Source of the DNA: Mesotaenium endlicherianum
Taxonomy: Eukaryota
Direction of reading: 5' to 3'
Assembly (NCBI GenBank): GCA_009602735.1
Contig: WELA01001907.1
Location: forward strand, 142,601 to 206,600
Length of the DNA: 64,000 nt
The translations under genes and the position numbers were made by a program. Shown piece after piece: positions 23,037 to 35,314 of this stretch. How positions within the stretch are numbered: the first letter of the stretch is position 1; each line of letters opens with the position of its first letter. The notes below the pieces were generated by a model, which saw only the letters and a program-made list of their open reading frames with translations, searched no databases and was not told the origin of the DNA.

Positions 23037-26000
23037 TACTAGGTAGCCCACGGTAACTCACACTATTTGATGCATCTACTACCTTTACTCCTGAATTTTT
23101 TGTGATCACAGTAGTAGTCCAATCATACAATAAAGCACAGATTTGGAAAGCTTACATCACAATCTTGCTGACCACATCTTATTTTTAAGAAATGAATTTT
23201 TTCTAGCGTGAAAAAATAAAAAGGAATGACACAAAAAATTATAGCGCCAAAACTGCAAAAATTGGGTCTTCATATCTGTACAAACCTTAGCTTCTAGGGC
23301 ATGGGAGTTTATCGTGGGTAGGTATATAAGTAGTTACTACATTTGCAAAATTTGGGGCCCATTGGAGAAGTAATCTGCCTTATGGAGCTCTTATCAAATA
23401 TGCACCAAATATGATGCGCAAAAAAAGCATGATGCAACAAGCATTTCAATGGACAGCTTCACATAGCATGACTTTGTGAAGTGCATACACATCACATGGA
23501 TCTGAAAATTAACAAACCACTTACTTGTGTCCTTGGCTTGTTGAAATTTGCCTTTTCAATTTTAAATACTTTGGAAATAATTTAATTATTATAGGTAATT
23601 ATCATGCAGGGGTAAAGTGAACAATTAGTTTTTTTTAATAAAATAATAAAATCAAATACAAAATGATGAACTCATTCTTGTCATGTCTTCACACATCTCA
23701 GTGAGTCTTACAACAATTATTTACATTTTCTACCAGATTAGCTCAATTTCGTCAGTTTTCGCCTATTTGTGTCTCCTAAGACCTCTTCTCCCTAAAAGGT
23801 CCTTCATCTAGATGGGCAATAACCTTGGTGGTGTGGTATTTATAAAAGCAGGGAGCAGCACACAGGTACACATTCCAAGACATACACTTGCAATCACTAT
23901 ACTTAGCTCTCTTTCTATTGGCACGTTGACCAAACGTACCCGCAACACACACGACACAATACTTTCTCTTCTCAACATCTGTAGGAAAGTGTCTTCCAGT
24001 GAACCTGCCTTCTGCTGTAGGTTGTGCTGCAACTACCCTCGTTGCCACTCCACTAGGTCCTGCTTCATCAGGGTGCTGGAAAGAGCACATGTCATCCATG
24101 ATGTCCATGTATGTGTCGAACCTGTCTGCCTTCGTCTGCACCATCTTGTACATGATGAAGACATTGGCAAGAAGGCCATCCCAAATGCCCCAATATGCGT
24201 TGTGCCGCCACTTTCCGTTAAACAAGACTCTCTCAGCACAGTAACCTCTCTTCAAACAATAGGCATCATGTTGATCAACAACATCTTTGTACATATTGTA
24301 ATGCTCTACTAGCTCAGAGGTTGGAATTCTAAGTTTTCCTTTTCCGTTGCGTCTACTCTGTATAGTGGGGGCCAGCCCTTTGGCTATTGAAAAAAAAGCA
24401 CATGGAGCTTTATCATTCCACACAGCAGCTACGATAGGGGGCTGCTCATTGTAAGCTGCAAGAGTGTAGCCTTTAGGGTGGGTGTCAGGCTTCATGTATA
24501 ACAATTGGTTTGTATAGTTCTTTCTAGTGGAAACTACAATGCCGGTGGCTCCATGTCCTAATTGTGCAAGTTTAGAAAAGAGGTGTGGAGAGGTGAAGCC
24601 TCAGTCAAGTATGAGAATGAAGCATCTGCCCATAGGAAGCATAGCTACTAAGTCTAACACAATGTCAATCTTTGCACCTTCTTTCTTTACTCTATCATAT
24701 ATGATGAAGGCATAACAGAAATACGTAATTGCATCACGGATTGTAAAGACTTCTATACCATATTTATATGGCTTTGATGCATTGTACACTCTAATAGCAC
24801 ACTGTCTATTTTGGATGGGAATGGTTCTCTCATCAACTGTGAGAGTACTACTAGGACTATAGTACTTGGCAAAGTTCTGTAGGCACAAATCTCTGAAAGG
24901 TCGCGATCGCCAAAGCTTGTATGCTCTAGAGTCTGTAGGAAAACAAGCTCTCGGCCTATTGTCCTTCACATGAAAAAATCTTCTTATTTGTTTGAATCTA
25001 GTCCTCCTCATGAACCTCCCAAAGCTAGGGAGAGTGATAGGTCCTTTCACTGTCTTCTGCCAGTAACTCTTGAGCCTAGGGAGAACATGTGACCCCATAG
25101 CCATGCACAACCATCTCTGTGCATGTCACAGGAATTCAGCCCCTCACAGTGTGTTGTGATGCATAATTATTTGTCTCCACAGCCAATTGCTGGAAAAAAG
25201 CAATAGGCATGAAGAGACAAAAGATGCCAAAGGGACTCCGACCTTTGAATCTCTTGTCTCGAATGCCTTGGAGGCCATGGTGGTGTTTTTCACTTGGCTG
25301 CAGCAGGTCTTCTTGACAGGTGTCTCCAGGAGCAGGCACCTTCCAGTCCCACACCTCTTCATACTCGTCCTTCTCCTCCCCCTCTATCATAGTTGCTGCA
25401 GGAGGAACCTCCTCTGTGTCTTCAGAATCCAAGAAGTCTTCTTCTTCAGAGCTGCTGCTTTCAGACCCAGACTCGGAATCTAAAAAGACTTCCTTGCCTT
25501 TCTTACTAGACATAGGCTTGCCTTGAAACATTAATTTGCTTCATCCTGCAGGCGCTGCAATTTTGTTAGAGCCTGCAGGTCTGCCCATCTTTTTGCTAGG
25601 TTGACTATCAGTAAGGCTAATCTCAGTCCCCTGCAACTCTGCACTGACTTGTGTGTTCAAAATGGCTGTCTGAGACACTCTAAAAGATGCCTAAGGGTCA
25701 TCTTGACTCTCGGGTGCTTTTTCCGCCTGTGGCTGCTGTTCTTGCTCACTTAGCCGCGTGTATACTTCCTCAGAAGGTTCATGCCATGTGCCAGAGTCTT
25801 TCTTAATGGCACCTACAACAAACTTCTACGTAGATTTCTGTCTAGACTTATCATAGACGAAGAACTCCTGATAAACGACGCCATGGCTCTTTTGGGCTTC
25901 AATCCCCTTCTTGACCACTCTCTCTAACAACACTTCTTCCCAATCTGTATGGAATTTTTCATGAGCCTACGGACGACCGAAGTGAATTTTTGTTCCTAAA

Positions 26001-26319
26001 AGAGCGTCGAGAGAGCAACTAGCTGCAACCATGGCTGAAGAGGTCTCGGAAAAAAAAAGGACTTTCGCGTTTAGTTTCGAAGACTTTCTTCATCAAAATT
26101 GATTTTAGCATCGTACACAATTTGATGTAACTTGTACGTAAGAAGTCAGTTTGACTTGTCAATTTAATTATGAACACGTTGCGACGTAGCCCACCGTTTA
26201 AGACTAATTTCACTATTAATAATTATGTATACAAAGATTTATGGTAGAAACAAAGAGAGCAAGTAGTTGCATCAAAGTGTGTGAGTTGCATCACATATGA
26301 TGCTCCGGACTATCTAGTG
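23037..26319 (-). mobile_element. piggyBac-like DNA transposon PB1 (decayed)
   Basis: Flanked by TTAA (23033-23036) and TCAA (26320-26323). Imperfect TIRs TACTAGGTAGCCC and CACTAGATAGTCC, plus subterminal inverted repeat AACTCACAC..TTTGATGCA.CTACT. Internal transposase. Confidence 0.88.
23776..25990 (-). pseudogene. piggyBac-family DDD transposase (PB1)
   Basis: Acidic N-terminal tract, LAVETNNYA, MRRTRFKQIRRFFH, TVDERTIP...KPYKYG, ILD*GFTSP, YNMYKDVVDQHD and C-terminal Cys-rich CVVC...C..(C).VYLC..PCFYKYH. The upstream limit is approximate. Confidence 0.88.
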
Positions 26320-26413
26320 TCAATCAATTAACAGAAAATACCACACAGATTACTTCCTGATATAAAGATCTTTATTAATTGTTAATCGCCTATTGAAAAA
26401 TCGATTCATTTCA

Positions 26414-26704
26414 CCGACCTGTGAACAATGTGTTACCTTTGATGTACGATTCTAGTATGGAGACATTAAAGACTGGATGACCCTTGTATTCTGCTAACAT
26501 GTTCAGTTTGTAAGCATTTTCACCGACACGGCGCATCACCGAGTATGGACCGACCTAGATCGAACCAAGTTTTTTCTTGACCACACCAGGCAGGTACAGG
26601 TGTTGAGAATGCAGTTTGACCAAATTGCCCTTTGAAAATGTCAGCTCCCGACGGTGTTGATTAGCGTATTTTTGTTGATTTTCTTGGGCTTCGTGCAAAT
26701 TGTG
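26414..26704 (-). pseudogene. A2 integrase C-terminal fragment
   Basis: Reverse-complement homolog of about 19815-20109 (KKKLG...GPYS...). Confidence 0.88.
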
Positions 26705-27377
26705 TGGAAGCGTAGTAACTCACGAGGAAAGAAACTAGTTGCAATTATACTTAAAAGTGCAGCGGCATATCACTAAGGAAGCTTAGGAAAATTATTCAAC
26801 ATTCTGAGTAGCAAGAAAGTGCTCACAAATTGTATAGGATGAAAGGTCTTGTCATTACAAAGTTGCAGAAATTTACAAAATTGAAAACTCATAAGAAACG
26901 TACAAGTTATGCCTATTTATAGTTTTCTGCCTAAGTGCTCCTCTCTAGGAGGAAACTACGGCATTTCCTAAGTGTTCGTCAAATCGTCCCTTCCAAAATA
27001 TTCGTGAGTAGGCCAGATCAGTCTCATTTGACGTGTCGGGACGAATTGACGTCCACATACATGCATCGACATTACTAGAATATTCTATCTTAGGCGCGCT
27101 AGCCTAAACCGAAACTTCTAGGTAAATCGACCTAGTCGGCACTCCGCGTCAGCCAAACTTACGTGAAGGTTCGAGTTCACTCTAACGGCCCAGATCGCTC
27201 GACGCTGTCGGTCAATCCAACGGTCGCGCTCACCGCAAATTAAGGACAGTCGTCAATCGACCTCCAAACTAATTAAACCTTGGAAATCTATAACTCTCTC
27301 AATACTTGACCAAAATCGATGAATTTTACAAAAGTAAACTCTACACTACTATGCAATCAAAATATACTTTCAAGGAA

Positions 27378-30300
27378 CTAAAAAATGCACTCTATAAACC
27401 TATGACCTTGCATCACCCCCTCCTCAAGATGCGACGTCCTCGACGCATTCTGTAAATAACGCCTTAAATTACTCTTACAATGAGTCAAGTTGGCCCCTGG
27501 CTCCCAAGTGTTGTCGTCCGCATGGTAGCCTCTCCACTTGACCAGATACTCGTGAACAAATCGTTGACCTCGCTTTACTTGTCGATTGCCAACAATCGCC
27601 TCCACTTCATACTCCAATACATCATTAATATTGACCGGTGGTGACGGTGTAGGTAGTTGTCCTGGGTGTCCTTCATTCGGGTCAACGTATGGCCGCAAGC
27701 AACAGACATGGAACACATCATGTATACGCCAGTGTGAAGGAAGTTCCAAGTTGTAGGCCACTGGATTCACCTGCTTGAGCACCAAAAATGGACCTGTGAA
27801 CCGTGCTCGCAGTTTCCTCTTGCCCGTGAAAGGTAGATTCTCTGTTGACAAGAGTTCTTTGTCGCCCACGGGGAATGTCACTTCCCTCCTGTGCTTGTTA
27901 GAATGCTTGACCTGCTCTTCCTGTGCCTTCCGAATGCAAGTCTTTGCCATGTCCCAAATCTTGGCCATCTGCTCCATAAAAGCTTGTGTAGTAGGAACCT
28001 GAGTCTCCTTGGCCTTCTCCAGCTAGATGTTCCCTGGATGATATACTTCTTGACCATAAATCATAGCAATGGTGACTGCTTGGTGGATCCCTGCATGCTG
28101 CTGTAGTAGGCAAACTCCAACCCTAGCAGCTTCTTGTCCCACTTTGAAAGGTCTTCCATTGTGAAACTCGTGAGCACCTCTTGTAGAGTTCTGTTAAGCC
28201 TCTCACTCTGCCCGTCCGTCTGAGGATGATAGGAAGTGCTCATACTCAGCTTGGTCCCCATCAAAGTAAACAATGACCGCCAGGATTTGCTAGTAAACCT
28301 CGGATCTCGGTCTGAAACAATCACCTTCGGCAACCCATGTAGCCTGAAAATATGATCGAAGAATAGCCGTGCCACATCTGCTGCCGTAGAAGTCTCCTTC
28401 ATGGGAATGAAGTGAGCCATCTTGCTGAGCTGGTTAAACACGACCCAAACTGCACCGTGCCCTTGACCACTGATTGGCAAAGATGTGATGAAGTCCATAG
28501 CAATCTGCTCTCAAGAATACTCTGGAATTGGTAAGGGTTGGAATGTACCTCCCTTCTTTTGATTTGGTGTCTTGTTTCTCTAGCACGCATCGCAACTCCT
28601 GATCCACTCCTCCATGTCCTTGTCCATATTTCTCCAATAGTACTCCCGCTTCAGCAAGCTTGCCGTCTTCTTGCTTCCAAAGTGTCCAACATATAAGCAA
28701 TCATGATACTCCGCAAGTAGTACGTCTTGTAGCTCCTTGATGTCAGGTACCACCACTCCCTTGGAATCACCATAATACCATATGCCGTCCTTCTTCTGCA
28801 TACTCGAGTTGGACTCAGCTGCTCCACCATCAGCAAACTTTGGGTCCTCCTCATAACCTCTCTTAAGCTTCTCCTTAAAGTCCATACTCTCCTTGATAAC
28901 TGAGACAGCTGCAAGATCACACCTCCTGGATAAAGCGTCTGCAGGGTTGATCTTCCCAGGTAAGTAATCAATCTTGTGGTAAAACTGTTGTAGAAACTCC
29001 ATCCACCTTGCCTGTCTTGGTGTCAACGTTGGCTGCGTCATAAACTTCTCCAAGCTCTTGTGGTCGATCTTGATGAACACCTTCCTTCCGTCCACATAAC
29101 ATCGCCAAATCCTCAAAGCCTGGATAATAGCCAACATCTCTCGCTCGTGTGCTGCATAATTCTGCTCTGCAGGACTCAACTTCCTGCTTGTAAGGTCAGA
29201 AGTTTATAAAGTGCATTTTTGAGTTTCATGAAAGTATATTTTTTGATTGCATAGAAGTGTAGAGTTTGTTTTTGTGGTCATTTTGATATAAAGTTCATCG
29301 AATTTGGTCAAGTATTGAGAGAGTTATGGATTTCCAAAGTTTAATTAATTTTGCGGTCGGTTGACGACTGTCCTTAATTCGCAGTGAGCGCGACCGTCGG
29401 ATCAACCGACAGCGTCAAGCGATCTGGGCCGTTAGAGTGAATTCGAACCTTCACGTAAGTTTGGCTGACGCGAGGTGCCGACTAGGTCGATTTACCTAGA
29501 AGTTTCGGATTAGCCTAGCGCGTCTAAGTTAGTATATTCTAGATATTTCGATGCATGCATGTGAACGTCAAATCGACCCGACACGTTAGATGAGATTGAT
29601 CTGGCTTTCTCACGAATATTCTGAAAGGGACGATTTGACAAACAGTTCAGAAAATTTGTTGCTAAGCGGCCCTCCCGCCTAGGGGCGAGCGGCCTTTGTA
29701 GAAAACTATAAATAGACATAACTTCTTTGTTTCTTATCAATTTTCAATTCTGTAATTTTCTACGGGTTTGTAATGACAAGGCCTTTCATCCTACAACATT
29801 TTTTAGCAGTTTTTTGCAAGTCAAAATGTCAAGGTATTTTCCTAAGCTTCCTTAGTGATATGTCGCTGGACTCTTTAGTATGATTGCAACTAGTTCCTTT
29901 CCTCGTGAGTCACTACGCTTCCATTAGGGCACTTTGCCCCTTTCACTAATCTCATATGCCACAAGTTGCAATCCTTTGCCCTGGTCTTGGAGAAGAATGG
30001 CTCCCACTGCGATCTTTGATGCGTCCGTGATGAGGGTGAAAGGAAGCTCTGGACTGGCAATTGCCACAGGTGCCTGTGTCAATAGCTCCTTAATCTTCTT
30101 AAAAGCTTGCTGCTCCATGTCATCCCATAGCCACTTCTCCTGCTTCCTTAACATGTCCGTGAGCGGTGCACACACCTTGGCAAATCCTTTAATGAAGGGT
30201 CAATAATAATTTGCCATGCCGAAGAAGCTTCTAAGTTGATGAATATCAGCAGGTACTGGCCAATCTCTGACTGCTTGCACCTTCTTCTGCTCCACCTTGA

Positions 30301-32600
30301 CTCCTTGAGCTCCCACTATGTGCCCAAGAAACTCAACCTCCTTGAGACAGAAGTCGCACTTGCTCATCTTCCCTTATAGCTTGTGATCTCCCAAGATTTC
30401 CAACACCCTCCTCAGATGCTCCACATGCTCCTCCAAGGTCTTCGAATAGATCAGGATGTTGTCCAAAAATACCACACAAACTGGTCCAAACAGGGTCTGA
30501 CGATACTATTAATGAGTCCCATGAATGTAGCAGGTGCATTAGTCAACCCTAAAGTCATGACTGTGAACTCAAATAAACCATAGCAAGTCCTGAAAGCAGT
30601 CTTCTGAACGTCTCCTTGCGCAATCCGTACTTGGTGATAGCCACTCCTCAAGTTGATCTTTGAGAAATACTTTGCCCCGACAAGCCTGTCAATTAACTCG
30701 TCCACTTGTGGAAGTGGGTACCTGTTCTTGATGGTGACCTTGTTCGACGCCTGGTAGTCGACACACATCCTCATAGTCCCATCCTTCTTCTTCACCAATA
30801 AGACTGGCGTTGTAAATGGAGACTTGCTGGGTCGAATGAATTCCTTCTCCAATAACTCTGTCAACCGCTTCCTCAACTCATACACCTCCGCAAACGATTG
30901 ACGATAGGCGGGTCTCACTGGTGGCTTGCTCCCTAGTTCCAACTCGATCTTGTGCTACATAGCGCTCTGTGGAGGTAATCTTGTAGGTAGATCCTCTAGA
31001 AAAACGCTCTTGAACTCCTCCAACAGCACCTTAATTTGGGCAGGCATCTCAGCAGCCTTCTTCTCTTGAGCAATTCGGCTCTGCTCCTTCTGAGCAAGGG
31101 AATCACACACCACTACTTGCTCCTCCGCCGATGTACGTTTGCCCAGGCTGCTAGGATTTACGCTTGCTCCATCTGATGACCTGGCCAGGGCCACCGAAAT
31201 AAGGTACATCTCCTTCACCTGATTCGCCCCGCATAGCTTCTTAACTTGCAGGCTCAACAGAAGACAGTTACTTGTGGTCGTATCTACCTCCACCTGCTTC
31301 GCTGTGTCTATTTGACCATCACGCCCTTGGACCTTCACTTGTCCTGTGTTCGAGTGCACTCGAGGGTTGGCTCTTCTTAGCCATGGTCGGCCCAATATCA
31401 CCTCATGGTGACCCAACTCTGCTTGCTCCATAACTTCCTTACTCCGGTGCCCCGCTACTTCCGTGTGAATAGCTTCCGTAGGTGCACCACACATGAGTCT
31501 CTGCCCATACGCCAAAATTGCCTCCTTAGGCTCATAATGCCTCTGCACAAGGATTTGCCACTCTTTGACCAGTTTCTTGTGCACAAGATTTGCACTTGCG
31601 CCACTGTCAACCATACACTTTGCCATGTTGCCGTCGACTACTCCTTCCACGATGATAGGCTTGTCAACTGCAGGCTCCTGGGGAAAATCTCCTTGTGAGT
31701 CTCCTTCTTTACGCCAATAGACACCCCAGAACGATTTACTGGCGTCCTCCTTTTTCCTGTTGTTAAGTTGCTTCACCTTCATACGACAGTCTTGAGCCAG
31801 ATGTCCAAGCTTGCCAGAATTATAGCAAGGTCGTCTCGGCTTGTAATTCCGTTGCCTACGCTAGTTCTGGACAAGTCCCAACTCCACAGGTACTGGACCT
31901 TGACCATTTGTGCTTGGCGCTTGAGAACCAAATTGTAGATGTCCTCGAAAGTTGTGGCTGCCCCACTGCCTCTGACCATACTCCACAGCGTCGATCCTTG
32001 TTGCCAATGCCATCATTTCTCAAAGACTGGTTGGGTCCTTGAGCGCCACTTCCTTGGCTACAGTTGGCTTGAACTTGTCCATCATCTCCGACTCATGCAT
32101 GGATGGACATTGAAGCACCAGCTCGTTGAAGCGCGATACATACTCCTGAACATTTCCTCGTTGACGAAGGCGCACGAATAGATCTCGAGCAGTAGAAATT
32201 GCCTCTTCAAGCCTTCAAAGAGCTGATCAACAGTAGCAGGGACTCCAGACAGCTGGTCCTCTTGTTAATACCAAGCTCCAGCACTCTTCTTCCGCAAAGT
32301 AATTACAAAGGCGACTTGCCTGTCCGGCGTGAGCGCAGAATACTCCATAAACTTCTTCACTCCAAAACTCCATTGATGAACAGGCGGCGATCCACGCTCC
32401 CCAGTATACACTTCAGGCTTCGGCGCACGCACTTCCGATGTGGGTGGAAGAACTGGTTGCACCCCTGAGTTGACATGAATTGGTGGTGCAACGGGTGGAG
32501 GTGCCGAACTCGTCCAAACTTCAAGATGTCACTCAATCCATCACTCAGAAACTCGTAAAATGGTGGAAAAAAGAGAAAAAGCGACGTTTCCAACAACAAC
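27378..32600 (-). pseudogene. D1 gag-pol (decayed)
   Basis: PKPEVYTGE (gag), zinc-knuckle remnant CYNSGKLGHLAQDC in frame with MVDSGAS, RT, TDAS, GHFG...CDAC, SDRD and chromodomain YEVEAI...YLVKWRGY...NTWEP. Confidence 0.92.
29189..29945 (+). repeat. Solo family-D LTR inserted antisense into D1 RNase H
   Basis: TGTAAGGTCA...CCCCTTTCA, the reverse-complement homolog of 32836-33565. Degenerate TSD CTGCT/CTAAT. Splits the YESRK motif. Confidence 0.9.
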
Positions 32601-33565
32601 TTGCACTATTCTCTCCACCTCCGCGCGCATATTTTGTTTAAACTGGGTGTAGACTTCTCCTCCAATTGCAGTTGCCATTTGCCATAGCATCGCCTACATC
32701 TCTTGTTGCTCTCTCGTCATTGTTGGCGCTGCCTGCTGCCCCATGCGCTCAACATGCTCAACATGTTCACCTCCTCCAGTTGCCGGCTGCGACTCCATAA
32801 TGTAATATGCAAACTAGCCCAGCTTCGATACCAGATGAAAGGGGCAGAGTGCCCTAGTGGAAGCGTAGTAACTCACGAGGAAAGGAGCTAGTTGCAATCA
32901 TACTAAGGAGTGCAGCGGCATACCACTAAGAAAGCTGAGGAAAATTACTCAACATTTTGAGTAGCAAGAGAGTGCTCACAAATGGTATAGAATGAAAGGC
33001 CTTGTCATTACAAAGTTGCAAAAATTCACAGAATTGAAAACTCATAAGAAACAAAGAAGTTATGCCTATTTATACTTTTCTGCGTAAGTGCTCCTCTCTA
33101 GGAGGAAGCTACGGAATTTCCTAAGTGCTCGTCAAATCGTCCCTTCCAAAATATTCGTGAGTAGGCCAGATCAGTCTCATTTGACGTGTCGAGCCAAATT
33201 GACGTCCACATACATGCATCGACATTACTAGAATATTCTATTTTAGACGCGCTAGGCTAAATCAAAACTTCTAGGTAGATCAACCTAGTCGGCACTCCGC
33301 GTCAACCGAACTTACGTGAAGGTTCGAGTTCATTCTAACGGGCCAGACCGCTCAACGCTGTCGGTCAATCCGACGGTCGCGCTCACCGCGAATTAAGGAC
33401 AGTCGTCAACCGACCTCAAAACTAATGGAGCTTCGGAAATCCATAACTCTCTCAATACTTGACCAAAATCGATGAATTATACAAGAATAAACACTACAGT
33501 ACTATGCAATCAAAATATACTTTCAAGGAACTCAAAAATGCACTTTATAAATGTATGACCTTACA

Positions 33566-35314
33566 GTGTTGGACTTCTGACAGGGTGTCAGCAAAGTCCT
33601 GAGTTAACTCGAAAGAGACCAGATTGTTAAACCCCTCAGGGTGAGTTAAAGACTCCCCTAGTACATCTCAAGGAGACTTAAGGACTCTACCCAAACTGAG
33701 TTCAAAAGGAGTCTTTCTCGTTGACGCGTGCATCGCACTGTTGACCGCAAATTGAATTTGAGGCAACAGGTCATCACAACTATCTTGGTTTTGGTTAATA
33801 TATGCTCTCAGCACCTATTGCAAAACTCGATTAGTTCTTTCAGTCTGCCCATCAGTTTGAGGGTGGTTTGCTGTGTTGAGAAGCTGTTTGACTCCCATTA
33901 ACCCCATCAAAGCTCTCCATAACTTGGAGGTAAATTTTGAGTCTCTGTCTGAGATAATATTAGAGGGTAGCCCATGTTGGCATACTACATGGTTGTAGAA
34001 CTGTCTCGCAGTTTTGAGTGCAGTTATGTTTACAGTGGTGGGGATGAAAATGACCATCTTTGTCAGTTTATCCATTACTACCAGTATTGAATCATGCCCA
34101 TTGGCAATTCTTGGCAGTGTCACCACCCAATGCATGGATCTTGTTTCCCAGCGTCCAGCTAGGATAGGTAGTGGTTCTAATAGCCCCCCGGGTGATGTGT
34201 GCCTAGACTTATTTTTCTGACACTGATCACATGCCTTGACATATTTTAAGACCTCCCCAGGCAACCCATCCCAATGGTAATGTTTTGCCAGTTTGCCAAC
34301 AGTTTTGGCCTTCCCTAAACGCCCACTCAGTAAACTGTCATGTGCTTGATTCAGTAATAATGACCTTATTTCCAAATTTTTAAAAATGACCAGCTTCAAC
34401 CTGCCTGAAGTGGTTTCAGTCATCCAGACCCCTTCCTTTAGCCTATACTCAAGTGCAGTAGCAAGAAACACACCATCAATGGGGCAGGGCTCAAATGTTG
34501 GGTCAGAATGGTAGGCTTCCTAAGTTGTTCAAAGAAGGACCTTTTCACCTTCAATGAAGTGAGTGCATGAAGAACTTTATCTACAACATGCTGACTAAAG
34601 TTCCTTTCTTGCAAGTCAGGTCTTCTAGAGAGTGCATCAGCACAATTCGACTTCCCTGGTGTGTAGTCAATCTGGACTTCGAACTGCTCCAGCATCTGGC
34701 TCCAGCGGTTCTCCCTCCTCGACAGCTTGGACTTCTTCCGAAAGTGAGTCAGAGTTAGATGATATGTAATGACCTTGAAAGCTTTACCATGTAAGTATGA
34801 TCTCCATTGCTTGAGCACATGAATGATAGCAAGCAGCTCTTTATCATGCACAGAATAGTTTATTTCAGCTCGGTTGAATTTCATAGACTCATACAGCACC
34901 AAGTGCCACTCCTGCTTACCGTACCATCCTTTGTGGTATTGTCAGCAGGCTGCAACAAAATAGCACCCATGGCAAAGTCAGAAGCATCAGTAACCACCTG
35001 CACGGGTTTGCTGGGGTGATACACGGCTAAGACTGGGGCAGAACAGAGAGCATCTTTAAGGGTGTAGAAGGCAGCTTGCTGCTCTTCCCCCCACACATAC
35101 CCTATGTCCTTCTTAGTAAGATCAGTCAGTTTACTGGCCTTTGTAGAGTAATTATGAATGAATCTCCTGTAGTATTTAGCCTACCCAAGGAAGGATCTAT
35201 CATTCGAGATAGACTGTGGTACTGGCCAGTCCCTTATGGTCTGTACTTTCTTAGGATCCACACTGATGCCTTTCTTACTGACAACGTGGCCCAAGAGTTC
35301 AATACTTTCTTTAA
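33566..35314 (-). pseudogene. pol: A2 pol fragment (RT end, RNase H, integrase)
   Basis: VTDASDFAMGAIL, DKELLAII, SDRD and GQTER. Homologous to A1. Confidence 0.92.

Larger units (their letters stand above)
14834..26413 (+). mobile_element. Decayed family-A chromovirus copy A1 (LTR-PBS-gag-pol-ORF X-inverted arm-LTR), with a piggyBac in its 3' LTR
   Basis: LTRs at 14834-15534 and 22409-26413, degenerate PBS at 15536-15547, and gag and pol fragments. It sits at the point where minus-strand A2 pol is interrupted. Confidence 0.85.
22409..26413 (+). repeat. A1 3' LTR split by PB1: pieces 22409-23036 and 26320-26413
   Basis: Homologous to 14834-15534; ends GATTCATTTCA at 26413. Confidence 0.88.
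26705..33565 (-). mobile_element. Decayed chromovirus, family D copy D1, inserted in the A2 integrase
   Basis: LTRs at about 26705-27412 (first ~20 bp missing) and 32836-33565. PBS at 32822-32833, PPT at about 27413-27425, partial TSD GTGT(T). The flanks rejoin A2 pol. Confidence 0.92.
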
